A stretch of DNA of 64,000 nt from the NCBI RefSeq assembly GCF_008831285.2, contig NC_045138.2:27466001-27530000 (forward strand), given 5' to 3'. This document shows positions 23,504 through 44,055 of the stretch, one piece after another (position 1 is the first letter of the stretch; each line of letters begins with the position of its first letter). The translations under genes were made by a program, and so were the position numbers. The notes below the pieces were generated by a model. That model saw only the letters and a program-made list of their open reading frames with translations, had not been told where the DNA came from and did no database searches. Source of the DNA: Nymphaea colorata (Eukaryota).

Positions 23504-23688
23504 TATAAATGCCATGGGCAGGAAGGGAAGTTTCGAGCGTCGAGGTTTGCTTCTGCGAGTGTTTCTACAGGTGGTAGTGCAAGGGCTAAGGCTAGGGTTT
23601 GGGTTGTTATCCTTTTCCTTCTTCGTACCATCAACTCAGCTTTCTACTTCGAAAGCTCGGATCTAGGGCGTCATTGAATCTATTGAAG
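23504..23688 (+). promoter_or_regulatory. UAP56 core promoter and 5'-UTR exon with a telo-box
   Basis: TATAAAT at 23504-23510; CTAGGGTTT (reverse telo-box AAACCCTAG) at 23592-23600; donor GAAG|GTATGA at 23688. Confidence 0.6.
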
Positions 23689-23808
23689 GTATGATCTCTC
23701 TCGTCTCGAGATCTTAGATTGGGGACACATCGCTCTCTTTTCCTGCTTTTAGTGTAGTTTTATGGGAGTCTGTGGTTCTTACTTCTTACTTTCAGTTCGT
23801 TGTGAAGG

Positions 23809-30891
<7,083 letters not shown>

Positions 30892-33213
30892 TAAAGGTGG
30901 AGCTTCTGGTTATGACCAGCATATCCATGAAGCAGCCGAAGTTTGTTTCCATGGAACTAAAAGCCTTTCTTCAGTGTATTTATATGTGATCCAGCAATCT
31001 GGAGCTTGAACTTCCTGATATTCTTTTAGATAGTCTCTGCTTCACAGGATTTTCTAGTTTATGCAGAATTATACGTGCACACTGTGCTATGGAACTAAAA
31101 GTTTTTGCAATCAGCGCCTTCCTATTTGCGTGTAATGAGTGTCGATTCTGTAGGTTTTTGGCAGGCTAACTGGTTGGAAATGGTATAGCAACTAACCTGA
31201 GAACGGCCAAATGCTTTGGAACGAAGACGGCTTATAACTGGTGGAATGTAATTAGAAGTTGGAAGTTGATCGGTTGTGAATGCCGAGCTTTCTTGATAGG
31301 TTCAGGTGAAGGCTGGTAACTTTGTATTATGTTGCTTTTGTTTTTTACGGTAGGGACAACTCATGCGACGGGAAAGCGGGGATCCACGTTAGAGAGTGAA
31401 ACAAGTGAGGAAGTGGTCTTCAGTGTGATGTAACTTATTTATTAAAGCTCGTTTTTATGATATCCTGGAGTTGGATTCTCCATCAGATTGTATTCATCCT
31501 CCTGAAACCTCCACTATTTTAAGTCTCAGTCCGATTGTCGAGTTCAGGTTTCTATGTTGTTTAAGGATCAGCAAGTCCCAGGTGATGAGGAACCTATTCT
31601 CTTCATACGGGCTTAGTTTGGAGGATTGTCACAAATATCATTAACGATTTTTGGACGGTGATAATTTTTTTGCGTATTTTTTGCGAAGGCGAAACCGTGA
31701 AAATGAAAAACTTAGCATTTGTTGTAAAAAAAAAAGCTTAAAAATTAGAAAACGTAAAATATAATAAAAACAAACAATAAAGGATAAATAACAAATGATA
31801 AAAATCTTGTTTTAGTAAGAGTAGACACGAAGATAAATAGTTAAATTAAGTCGAAAAATTTAAAGCAGAAAAAATATAAACTAAAAAAAACGTGATAAAA
31901 ACTCCAAAAAAAAAAATTTTGGATTTGCTTTTTTTCACAAAAAGGAGAGAAAACTGATTATGAGATTATAACGATGCAAAGCGTCTTCTTTCTTTTTAGT
32001 TTTCGTCACGAATTAACAGCAGTGGCTGGTCGTGTTTTAGGGCTGATCGATTGCCTCTTCGTTTTTTCTTACCGTTTTGATCGTTTTTCTCCTACTGTTT
32101 TTACCTGAGGACAAGTAAACCGTAAGGCTGTGTATGCCACCTTGGACTTCCTTTTTCGACTTTCTTCACTTGATTTCAAAGTTAAAAAGCTATACTTCCT
32201 TATTTGCAATCAATTGTTTGCTCTTGTGAAATCTTAGACTTTCTCACCACGTCAGGAGTAAAACTTCTTGTGGCAATTAAAAAGTGTCCTCATAGTTTGT
32301 CCCCAAGTAGAAGGCGAGGACTTCTTCATAAACCAGTGCTGCTGTAGGTTCCACAGCAACATCTGACGCCTCACACATCTGCACTTTCAAGAAGATTTAA
32401 CCTTTTCATTGCTTTAAGCATGATTACTATAGTTGCAATTTTATCGGATGCCTCTGAAGAGACAGCCATGATTAGTAGCTTAGCGCGGCCCTTGAGAAGA
32501 ATGTTTGCATTGGCACCGTGCTGCCATGGAGGCTTAAGTGCAAGTCTGGTTCCCTTTGGCGTTCCCAAGTCACGGGCAGTTTCTTGCGAATACATTCTTG
32601 ACCTATCATTTCCCCTCCTTTGGAAACACTTGCCAACATCCTTCGGAAATGAAATCAGAACATACTTATATACAAAAAGAACTTTTTATTCATAAGAAGA
32701 AAGCAATTGTCAAAAGCTAAAAGATTAAACTTTGGTGGGATTTGTACACGTTGAAGATGCTTGCTTATGCTATCAGAAGTCTACCACTTTATGCTGAAAA
32801 ACACCTACCCTCAATAATATGAACTCTGACATTTGCTTAAAACTTCGATTTCTCAAATAGAATCTCCTAACGAAGGTGAAACGAACTCTTGTCGACGGTG
32901 AGATGCCCATCGACCAAGAACTACTTGGCTATATCCCTGTCCATGCTAATTCCATCTTTTTGTCTGTGGAGCACCAGGTGAGTCCGAATCCCTGTGGCCG
33001 GAATATAGGATCAATGACCAAATTAAGTTTAGGCTTAGATTATGTCTAGTTTTTGCCACCCAGTTTATCTCGCGGCTCACGGGGACCCGCAAACCAGGCG
33101 TCTGCTCATTTTACGAACCCGAAGGCGGCCGGAGATGTACGGTGAAGATTGAATACAATCCGTGATCAGTCATACAACCTTATCTGTACTACTCAGTACA
33201 TGGAAGAATTCAC

Positions 33214-33255
<42 letters not shown>

Positions 33256-34283
33256 AAGATGTTAACTCATTTGTGGCGAGGAAGTAAGGGGATCGAGCTC
33301 TTCTGCCGGCACCAGTAAAGGTAATCCCTCAAAGGCAGACGTAGTTTATGATTTAGTGACTATTGAGCGTTCAGTGTCAAGCTGTTGTCTTTTTTTAGAT
33401 TTCATTGCTTGTCTATTTCTCAATTCTCGAAACCCTCTTCGATCCAGACATTTCTGAGTTGGAAGCATACAATCTGACATTTGGGCATCTCTCGAAATTC
33501 GAAACATTGCTCTTTGTTTTGGGGAGTGTTGAGACAGAGCTGAGGAGTTCAATCCTTGGGTTTGGGTGAATCTTTATGCGTGTACCTCTTCAAAACTCAC
33601 AATCCTCTTTGATTGGCAGAATCATTTGTTCATCGATGCATTCCCACAAATTGCTTTTGTTTATGGAATTGTTGTGTGAACATCTCTTTAATGCAATTTG
33701 TGCCTAGAATCAGCCTCACTTATATTCTGAATGTCACAAGGAGGTTGGTCATCCCTCTGCATTTCAGAGAGTCATTGTTTTTGTTTGATTCACAACATTC
33801 TCTTCCTTTGATGGAACCTAGTTGCCGTTCTCCAGTTTTACTGCTTCAAGTTACGCATCTGCCGAGAAGGGTTCAGAAGTTACATAAGAACGGTGGGTAT
33901 CTAAGAAACTGAATAAGAGGATTGAGGGGAAATTAGTGAAGCCCAGTTACGTTTCTTCTATAATTTTTAGGCTTTTGGGTTTTCTTTAAAGTTGTTTTAC
34001 ATTGAACCCTTTATATAGAATTAGATTTTTCTAGTTATTGCAGAAGCTGGCAACAGATCGTTTGATTATGTATTATTCTCATTATTTTGTTGCCTATCCG
34101 GTAAATTTCTTCAATGAACAGTAGATTCTTCCAAATCAGTGTTATTCTTTAGACAGCATATACAGTTATCATTTTATTCTCCCTTGACGCTCATGCCCTT
34201 TTGCTCTAGTTTGTTGTTGTTTTGACAGTTTGCTCTGTTCTCAGATCATCAACACCAAAGACATCCATTCCTCTGGCGTAGCC

Positions 34284-34757
34284 ATGGAAGAAACTACATT
34301 AGAGGAAAGGAGCCGCGTTCTAGCTCACATCCTCACAGTACCCACAACTCAGCCTTCCCTCTACGACCAGTTTTTCATCTCAAGACAGATGCCTTGTTAT
34401 CTGAAATGGGACTATCCACCCGTTTTTTGTAAAAGAAATAACAATGGATGGCTTCCTCTTCATTTTCAGTATGGGTTGCTTCTATTCTTTAGAAGATGTG
34501 TCAAGCTTGGGCTGCCCGAGACTTCATGGAGGTGCAAGTGCCCCTTCCAACAGCCACCCCCACTGACCATAGCTAAGGGTGTAGAACCTGCTTCTTTGCA
34601 ATTGAACACCGAGAAGAAAAGAGAGCTGGCCAGGAAAATTCTCAACAGGAAGCGGTGGATTTCGAGGGTCCATCCGCTCATCCCTTTCCTTGTTCCCAAT
34701 GTTGCTCTGTTTATGCTGTTCTTCCATAATCCATTGCCTGAGGAGTACAGATCATAA
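34284..34757 (+). CDS. Uncharacterised plant protein, 157 aa, predicted C-terminal membrane anchor
   Basis: Single coding exon with a good Kozak context (GCCATGG); acceptor TCAG at 34244 and a likely 5'-UTR donor AAAG|GTAATC at 33320. Protein-like motifs CYLKWDYPP and SWRCKCPFQQPPPL, which I recall from uncharacterised angiosperm proteins; basic patch followed by hydrophobic LIPFLVPNVALFMLFF. Confidence 0.75.
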   Translation: MEETTLEERSRVLAHILTVPTTQPSLYDQFFISRQMPCYLKWDYPPVFCKRNNNGWLPLHFQYGLLLFFRRCVKLGLPETSWRCKCPFQQPPPLTIAKGVEPASLQLNTEKKRELARKILNRKRWISRVHPLIPFLVPNVALFMLFFHNPLPEEYRS

Positions 34758-36421
34758 TGCACCAGATTTTCACATGAAAACCTATAATCTGAACTTTGAT
34801 TCTTAAATGTAAATCATAACTGACGTTTTCAGGTCCCTTTTTTTTTTTCTGAACCTACCAATGTCAAGGTGACGAGCATGTTTGCAGTGAAAAAAAAAGA
34901 AAAAGAAAAAGAAAAGTGTATGGAAGAGTGAGAGAGGAAAGGAAGAGGGAAAAAACCAGGTTCCATATAAACCTGGTTAAACTTATGCACGTTACTCCAT
35001 TTTATCGACAATTTCAATTCAAACAACTTGAATAAGTCTCTCTTTTGTTCTTTGTCAAATGTTCATTGTTTAGCATTCAAGGAAGGTAAGAAAGAGAGGT
35101 TCCTTAGTTGTCTTAACATCGCCGTGTTAGAATCTCTCTGTCGCTCTCTCTTCAATCAGTCTTGCTTCTTAATGCCTGATGACACTCAAACACTATAGAT
35201 GCTGTTTTTACAAATCTAGTATCATTGATGGAAGCAAAATGTTCAAATTTATAAGAATTTAAAAAAATCATGTAAATCAGTTGTATAAATTAGATTTATA
35301 AAGTTTTTAAAATTCATGGTGTTAGCTTTTTTGACTTACGAAGTTCAATTTATATGATTATATCCATATTAGTCCTCTGCAAGAACATAAAAACATATAC
35401 CTTGAGTAGTGTATCTATTTCTTCACTTAAAAGTACATTTAACAACCAGAAAAATAGACATAATATCAGAGTTGTTAAGATTGTGATCTTAAACACCGTG
35501 AGCTTGTATCTATCTCCCATGACATTGAATGTGTTTTAAACGAAAAAGGGAGAAGTTTGTCTGTCTGGCTGTGTATATACATATATAGTTAAGCATCTGG
35601 CTGGAGGATCAAAAGCTAGAACAGTGCCTACTTTGCTCTTTCCAACTGGCCAGGTTTTAGTGGAACTTTTCCTATCAAACAGAGTGTGCGTTTTCGATTG
35701 CATTTTCAGGATATATGGAGAGAGAGGGACCGATCATATGATTTTGGCACCCAGAAAAGAAAAATTTCAATTCTGTCCGGAAAATGGGGTGCCAAAAGTC
35801 ACCGACTTTTTCACCGCTGAACTGATGATCTTTTCACCCTCGCAAACGTGGACCTCTCTCCCTCCCTCTTGGCTGCAAACATCTCCCTCTCTCTCTTTAC
35901 CTCATTATGTCGAAGTTCTCTCTGGCTGATCCACTCCCAAGATGACGCATGCTGGAAAAGTTATCTAGAGATACTTGTACAAGCATGTAAATACTCCCTT
36001 ACGGGCATATATACTTGGGAATCCGGATAACTTTTACTTCATATGGAAGTTACCCTGCTACAAACGCAAGGACAGATAATTCATCACATTCTACATTATC
36101 CTGAAATACTTCTGAAGAAATTTGAACACTTTTCTCTTTTGATTTTAAATTGAAAGTACACCCTGTTAACAGTTCACCGAGGTAAGAGATGGTCAAGCAT
36201 GTTTGCCGGAGGCAAAGCCAAGACCAAGCATGAGCTGTTTGGTTCATGCGATTCACTTCGAAGTGCTAAATATTGATAAGTTTTTGAGTAAATTTTTATA
36301 GGAAAAGCATACAAATTTCAGTGAGTGGGAGAGAAATCCATTGTTAGAGTGAAAGACCGAAATCCTTCCTCCTTTCCCCTATGGGTGGTCCTACGGTACA
36401 TCGTTCAATTCAAGTGTAACG

Positions 36422-36525
36422 TGCCACTGTCTATAGTTTAGAAAAGTAACACCTATAGAGAATTGAATTGATACATGCCACTGTTTATAGTCTAAAAAAG
36501 TTACACCTATAGAGAATCAAATTGA
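36422..36525. repeat. ~55-bp tandem duplication (2 copies)
   Basis: tgccactgt(c/t)tatagt(t/c)ta..aaagt(a/t)acacctatagagaat..aattga repeated head-to-tail. Confidence 0.75.
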
Positions 36526-37969
36526 AGACGTAGCACGCCACTCAAGCCGACCAGCTATACTACACCTGTGTGATGTGCAAAATAAGGTTTGTGAAAAGCC
36601 GTTGCTTCTCTCGGAAGAAAAAAATTTCCTTTGCTCTCACAAATCACCAACTTTGACCAGTTGAAGAGTTCTTCTTGTCCACTTGCCTTGGAACAAACTA
36701 GTCTTTTGGAGTTCAATGAGATAGAGCCAAAGTCAAGAGACCAAGAATTTCCTCGAGTTTGGCATCTTTGACAAAGTTTGTCACGAGGAAGAAAGCCAAA
36801 ATTTAATCACTCATGTTGGCGTGAGGACTGAGGACAAGTGGGTCACACGACTATAAAAACAAAAAAGGAATGAGCCATGCAGCACATGGCGTTTGCATGT
36901 TGACCTTAGGATCTTCGATCTTGACCAGATATCTTAAGATCTTGGATATGTATGTGGAGTTTTCTTCCTTCTTCCTTCTTTCTCTTCTCTAAAATCTGCC
37001 CTGAAATCAGTGGATTTTCTTCGTTTCGAAGATGGTGGAGAATGTGGTGGGACACTCTAAATGGCCTGTAATGTCAATGTCAGATCAATCTTTGTCTACA
37101 TGTTCACAGATTTCCGGCTACATTCTGCCGAACATCTTATGACGAAGAACACAAGTAGATTTCTGCTTTTAAGTTCCCAGAACCAGACTCATTCATTCCA
37201 ACAGATTCGTAAGAAACAGATTTTAAACACTTACAATGGGTAAAAAATTGAAAAGAAACGATGGCAGTCGTCAAACAAACAAAAAGAGTATAATAATACA
37301 GTTAAATTTTAGGCAAAAATTATTTGAGAAAGAGAAAAAAAAATCCATGCCCAAATGCATCATTTTTTCTTTTCAAAGATGAACTGTTCAAGTGCTTCGA
37401 TCGAGCTTTCTAGAAACTATCAACTCAAGATATGATCTTGTATGGACACCATAACCTTTTCCTGTTTCTCTTCAGAATAAAATCCTGCAGAATCCATGAA
37501 GATATTGAAGGAGCTTCGTATCGCGATTTTTGTCCTTGGCATCGTATTCGTTGCTCTACCGTATTGCATATTAATGGTAAACGAATCATAATTTATGACA
37601 GCACGTCTCTGCAGCTTGGTATCTCATAAATCGTCACGTTGACGAGTCCCCATTCTCTTAATCTGAGATTTTTTTCGTTTCTGATGTTTATACACCGAAG
37701 CAAAAGCCTGTTCGGAGATTCTTGTTCATCTAGGTGCATAAAATCACATGGCTCCTTCTTTCTCCTATCTTTAAGATAAGAACGTAAAATCAGGCGCCCG
37801 CTTCTTCTCCTAACTCCAAGACTAAAAACTGCTTTGGTAATATACTAATTTGCCTTCAGGAATCAGATTTGCAAGTATAATTCTCCAAACAAAAAAAAGC
37901 CATATATTCATAAAAAAAAGAAGTTTGGAATTACTACAGGTCAATGAAAGCCCAACAGTCAACTTCTCT

Positions 37970-38615
37970 CATTCAAGTCCTGAAGCAGCGTTAGACCCTA
38001 GGGGCAGGGTAAGGGGAGCAGTTTTGAGTACTCATCGAATCGCCAAGATGAATTTACAACAAAAAAATGATGTGATGAATTGATCCATTTGCACATTCTA
38101 GTTTGCTTAAATGAATGCAGAATTCAAGGTGTATTGCCCTCCAAGTTTCGACCTCTCATTAAATCGCCAATCTAAAGAAAATTTACAGCAAAAATGATAT
38201 ATCGAGTCGATCCATTTGTACATTCTAATTTTCTCAAATGAATGCATAATCAAAAAGGTATTGTCATCCAAGTAGCGAAGCAGCCCTACATCCTAAAGGG
38301 AGGGAGTAAATGAGGCAGTTTCGGCCTCTCATCGAATCGCTAATCTAAAAGACAAATTTACAACAAAAATGATATGACGAGTCGATCCATTTGTACATTC
38401 TAATTTGGTTAAATTAATTCAAAGTTCAAGGACTACTATCACTATTCAAGTCTTGAAGCAGTCCTAAACCTCGGGTAGGAGAATTAAGGGGCAGTTCGAC
38501 CGACCTGTCACTGAATCGCCAATCTAAAGACAAATTTACAACAAAAAAGGACACGATGAGTCGATCCCTTTGTCCATTCTAACTTGCTTGAATGAATGCA
38601 GAATTCAAGGGGCAT
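37970..38615. repeat. Degenerate tandem repeat, ~175-bp unit, about 4 copies (one internally deleted)
   Basis: The block tcatcgaatcgccaatctaaaga-aaatttacaacaaaaatga...gagtcgatccatttgtacattctaa...aatgaatgcagaattcaagg recurs at about 38032, 38156, 38329 and 38507. Confidence 0.85.
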
Positions 38616-40288
38616 TGCAAAGTTTGCTTCCTCCACTGTCACAATCGAAAATTGATCTCTTCGAATCAACATGTGCGGACCACGTGACTTCTGATCAATG
38701 CCCCATACGCCTCAATTATGTCACGAAATTTTTGATAATATTTCTCCAACATTCTGATAGAACTCGAGGCTGTGATGATATTGGTGCAGACCCATGATAA
38801 CATCAGGACATGAGCGGTGTTGCCAGTGACTCTATAATGTGGATTCCTTCTGCATCAGATCCAAAGACAAACATAATGCATCTTTGTTTCCTTGCACTTC
38901 TCTTTCCCCTAAAATTTCGCACCACCCATAGGCTCTAAGGCTAGTGAATATCACCAAGTTGAAGGGATATGTCATGAATTCGAATGGGACAAGTAAGTAT
39001 TTCTTGGCTAGAAAAGCCAAACTTCTTATGAGCAAGGGGACAGATTATGCTAATAAGCTTGCAAATGCAGTAATCTTCAACCCTTAATGCAAGACAAAAA
39101 GAAAATGTGGGGTAAGGTCGGTTGTTTTTGGTCGATATGCCATGTGAAAAGAACTTAAAAACTAATTTCTACACTAAGCGATTAGTTAGAATGTTGGACT
39201 ATATATATTAGGATCCTTGGATTTTTCTATTCGGGTTTAGAAACAAAAATTTTCCGGCATGACACACTGCCCAATGCATCGAGCGGCTGTGATTGGACAG
39301 AGGTACAGAATATTTCACCTCTCTTTCTTTCTCTCTCTCTCTCACACACACATACTCACACATGCCGTCCTTAAATTGTTGTTTGGCTTTTGAGCATTAT
39401 GAAGTTGTTTATGATGAATTCAACTACATGGATAACACTCATACTACATAAAACGGTATGCTCAAATAAACATAAAATTTCAATTTACAGATCAGATTTT
39501 TAACTGTCGATTAAGATATATAATTGATCTGATATCTGCATTATTTTTTCATGATTTTTAACAATCCTATAAGTTGAAAAGTTTGGGGTTCATTCAAACA
39601 GTTGAACTCATTGAACACAGTATAAAAAGAAAATGAAAAATTGGATTGCAATGTAGACATTGCACCATGCAATTCAGACAGTAGCTATCCAACCAGAGAG
39701 AGAGACGATAAAATGATAATATATAAACAAAATTTGGGGACTAGAGGTCCCCTAGATACAAAAGAGAGAGAGAGAGCTCATGTGTACCTCACTGAAAATA
39801 TGAATAATTCCTATACCCTTTTTGAGAATGGAGAAATTATTTTTAAATTCAAAGATCTAACAACATGGATTGGGTTTAGGTATTTATCATTTCATTCTTA
39901 ATGGCGCAAAACTCCAAGGCAAAGGTATTTTAAATTTTAACATCTTTTCAAAATAAAGTCGAGCAGGTCATCTCTTATCAAGATTATCATGCTAGATGTT
40001 GAAATTGTTAATGTGTAGAGAGAAGCCAATGCTCCAATGTGCATCAAGTTGGAGCCACTTCCTACATGACACGGGTTCGCGGATGAATGGTGAGAGAGAA
40101 TCCGATGCTCGAGTTCAACTCACTTCCTTCTGGGCCTCGAACACCGGTTTGTGCTACGAAGGAGGGTTGAGCTTGATGCACCTTCGACCATTCAAGCCCG
40201 GCCCCGTATTTACGATTATTGTTGTTGTTAGATGACTCTTTTTAATGCCAAGCAAGCGGCATTCAACTTATATCCGAGGGCAAAGGCA

Positions 40289-40482
40289 GGGGAGGAGGCT
40301 AGGAGGGGCATTGGCCTCTCCACTTTGTGTAGATTTTAAAAAATTTAAAAATTTAAATGTAAATTTTAAAATTTTTAGTTTAATTTATACAACAATTTTT
40401 GAAAAATTTTAGTTTGGCTCTTGTTAAAATTCTGAAGCTATAATTTGATACCTACAACAAAAAACTTCATGTCTTTGCTCCT
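40289..40482. mobile_element. hAT-like MITE (CAGGGG/CAGTGGC-GAGCC family), degenerate
   Basis: GC-rich left end caggggaggaggctaggagggg; AT-rich core similar to the adjacent copy at 40535. Confidence 0.45.
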
Positions 40483-40534
40483 ATTTGAAAAGAGACTAAA
40501 TGGTGATCTGAATTTTGAACAGGTGACTGTTGGT

Positions 40535-40750
40535 CAGGGGCAGAGCCAAGGGGAGGCCTACAGGGCCCCTAGCCCTCACATTTTTTTTTTAAAATTTGCA
40601 TGTAAATTTTAGAAAATTTCAATTGTCTTATATAAAAATTTAAAACAACGATTGTTTCAACCTCTGTCAAAATTTAAAAGCTTCAATTCTATCTTGCTTC
40701 AGTTACTGACTAATATAACCAACTACCCATAAAAAATTAGCTTCACCGTC
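40535..40750. mobile_element. hAT-like MITE (same family)
   Basis: caggggcagagccaagggg at the left end, tagcttcaccgtc at the right; the core tgtaaatttta-aaa-ttt is shared with the 40289 copy. Confidence 0.5.
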
Positions 40751-41664
40751 CTTGGAAGATCAAAAGAACAATTTCAAATATGTTGATATTGGCCCTTCAT
40801 AAATGGAAAATGAGCAAATGTGGACAAGAACAAGTGATGCCTGCATGTTACGTACCTGGCTCCTTGATTAAGGCCACCGCTGGTTCAGAAGCCATCGAGT
40901 GCAACACACCGTGGGCGTGGGCGAGATCAGGTGAAGCAAAAGAAGGGCATTCCTCGTGCATGATTGCAATAATTCGATTAAGAGTCATCACAAGATTGCG
41001 GTGCCGTGAAGCATCCTTTCAGTCCTCTGAACAAGCAACGTAGAGAGAGAAAATTAGGCAGGGGAGAACATGGGGGGCAGAGAGAGAATGATGATAAGCC
41101 TTCATGGCAACCAGCCATGAGTGGTGGGACAAAGCTTCATGGATTCTTGCTCTCAACATGAGGCGATCCTTCTTACTCATAAGGGCCGTCTGGTCCGATC
41201 CATTGTGATGGATAGTTAAGAGAAAAACAAGAAAAAAAATGGTGACGTAGTCATTGATTTTAAAAAGATTATATGATACTGGAAATGAAGATGAAAAAAT
41301 AGAAACATAATTACATTATAAAGAGACTCAAATACCCCTTCAAATGAAAAACATATCGAGTTTTTCTAATTGAGCACCTCGCCTCCATTGAGGCGCGTTT
41401 CATTCTTTTGTGAATATAACTAAGTTTTTGTTTTTTTTACCTTAATCTTCACAGTATGATCTTCGTAAGACATGAACCACTGCACCCTTGAACCCGTGGC
41501 GCAGGGAGAAGGGGTTTTCAACTTTCACTAGGCTGCATAGTGGGATTTCCTCCTGTTCATTAGAAACCCAATTAGATTTGGATGTAAGAACATTAATGCC
41601 AAATCCAATCCATTATCACAAGCAATCGGGTTCAGTTAAGATTCAATTTGCAGATACTCTCTTT

Positions 41665-41700
<36 letters not shown>

Positions 41701-41962
41701 TTAGTAGCACAAGAAAACATCATAAGAGAGGTGAAGATAGGGTGGACAGACGGAACAACAGAGTCATCCAGCAGTAGACGAAGGACGGCGTCGCAGCCGA
41801 ATAACAAAGAAGACATCTCTCTACACAAGGCGTGCCACAGATTCCGACGATGACAAGGTGTCCCTGAAGACCCTGTTGTTGCGCTCATCCCAAATGCACC
41901 ATCAAGAAGAAATGAGCCACAACCTCCAAACACGACCCCGATGATGCAAGTCTGGTCCGACA

Positions 41963-42124
41963 TTGTGGCTGTGGTGGGGAATTGCCCACACCAGCCCATG
42001 AAATTTGTTTTATTTTCATATATAAACGTCATTCATTTTCGTTTTTTCACATATAACTGCCCCTTAAAATTTGAAATTTAATGTAACACTACCCTTAAGT
42101 CAGAAATTTCGGGCTCCACCACTG
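41963..42124. mobile_element. hAT-like MITE, 5'-truncated
   Basis: ttgcccacaccagccc motif plus right end aaatttcgggctccaccactg, the reverse complement of a CAGTGG-GGAGCC-type TIR. Confidence 0.5.
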
Positions 42125-42578
42125 GTTTCCCTATTATATAGATTATCATAGAGTGCAGGCGGAGGATTATTGCTTTGAGGGACTTCCACCACACGACTCT
42201 CACTCTCAATGAAGTCTTATGGTGGGAATGAGATGGACATCAACCAGCCAGCTGCAGCAGTAAGGAGCATGGCTCCCACCTTTTGATATGACCAACCGCT
42301 CTAGCATTTAGTGCTTCACCCTCTATTTAATATATTCTTTAATGAAACCAATGAACACAGAGACATGCTTTCCCTTCCCAAATAGCTAGCGGAATCATTC
42401 CCAATTTATCATAATATAAATGCCATCACTAAGCTTAACAGAACGAGAGTGTGGATTTTTCTTAATTACAAATTCTTTATACTTCAAAGAATATGTTTTT
42501 GGAATCGATTTCCGGTTTTTCCTGTAGTAGAGATCACATTTTAGTGACTAGCTCGCATCAAGACTTAGAAAATATGAA

Positions 42579-42581
<3 letters not shown>

Positions 42582-42627
<46 letters not shown>

Positions 42628-42676
42628 CTAGCTCTCATCAAGACTTAAAAAATATGATATATATATATATATATGT
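42582..42676. repeat. (AT)n microsatellites within a duplicated ~33-bp unit
   Basis: tgactagctc(g/t)catcaagactta(g/a)aaaatatga occurs at about 42545 and 42625, each followed by (AT)n. Confidence 0.85.
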
Positions 42677-43880
42677 CATATCAACTAACTGCGCTATCTA
42701 GCTGAAGACATAAATGCTTGTTTGATGGACATATATAATTTAACCTTACGGATGTTCTCATCAGGATTCGCTTGATGGTAATTGCACATCCGCGCATAAT
42801 TACTTTTCGTGTAAAGTAAGATCTTTTTGAGTCACAAATTTGGGTACAACTGGAAAACAATTTAATAATGTCCATGAAAGTATAGTTTTAGTAGTAAACA
42901 ACTACATGAAGCACATTTGCAAGGTTAACGAAGAAGTGAAGGCGATGCACTAATGTGCATCTTTGGTGCGGCCATGATTTTTGGTAAAAAAAAGGAAAAA
43001 AAAAACACAAAACGAAAACAATTGCAATAATATGCTTTTCTGACGGGCAGATGAAATAAAATTTTCAAACTGTTGGTCTCAATTTCCTACTTATACAAAA
43101 AATATAAAGCAAACTCCAATTTGGAGATCATTAATACCTAAAGACTTCTTTTACTCTACCTTAATACTACAACAAAGAGTATCACTCATGAGAATCAAAC
43201 AGGTGGTGTGTCTCATCTTGTGCACTTTAGACGGTCAGCTATACACTACGTGATGCAATATTGTATTCCGTAGCCCCAAGTGCAAGTTACCAAGTGGATA
43301 TGATCTTTATGTTAACAAACACAAGCATAAACTAAAGATCATTTCTTCTTACATAAATGGGATATTATTATAAGAGCAAAAGCTCGGTATGGTCCATTTG
43401 ACAAACAAAACATTATGTAATCAATATGTTTCAAAGGTTGGACAGATTAGTGGATCACCTTAAAAAGTATTTTATAAATATGTTGTACTTTTGGAGCAGA
43501 TTCATGAAACAATTACAAGCTATTCCATTTGGCAAACGATCCCTTAAGGCCTCATTTGATGCACAAGTAAAATTTTGAGTGGTAAAATTACTGTGGAAAA
43601 AAATGGATGGTAAGAAGTTAAACCTCCCCAGGTCCGACTTTTTTTTCAGGGTAAAATTACCCTGATCCATTGAATTTGGCAGGGTAATTTTTTATGTGTT
43701 TGATTTGAGTATGAAAAGCTATACAAAAGGGGTAAGTTTCCCTCGATGCACAGTAACCGAACCATTGGTCACAAACACAGGATTTTGAATGCATTAAAGG
43801 TTCTCTCAATTCATCTTTTTAGCTAGTTTTTGTAAAAGATATTCTTGAGGCAGAATGAACCGCAGATGCATGCATGCACC

Positions 43881-44055
43881 CAGTGGCAGAGCTAGGTGTG
43901 GACTTATCCAAGCAGTTACCCATGCAGACCACATGATTTATTTTATTTACATATCAATTCCTCCATATAATTTAGCTTACTAGATGTTGGTACACCTCGG
44001 ATCCAAGATTTCTTATATTAGTGCCCCTCGGCCCAAATTTCTGGCTCCGCCGCTA
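43881..44055. mobile_element. hAT-like MITE with CAGTGGCAGAGCTAG-type TIRs
   Basis: Left end cagtggcagagctag, right end ctggctccgccgcta; related ends occur at about 44400-44522, 56934, 57370-57543 and 63418. Confidence 0.6.

Noticed and set aside
37970..38615. CRISPR-like repeat-spacer array
   Set aside because: Eukaryotic context, long degenerate units with homologous intervening sequence, and no cas genes.
40851..40875. TACCTGGCTCCTTG resembling miR160
   Set aside because: Only a partial match, the 3' half diverges, and no star arm was seen. By-eye scanning found no other conserved miRNA, tRNA, rRNA or snoRNA, but a covariance-model search would be needed to exclude them.
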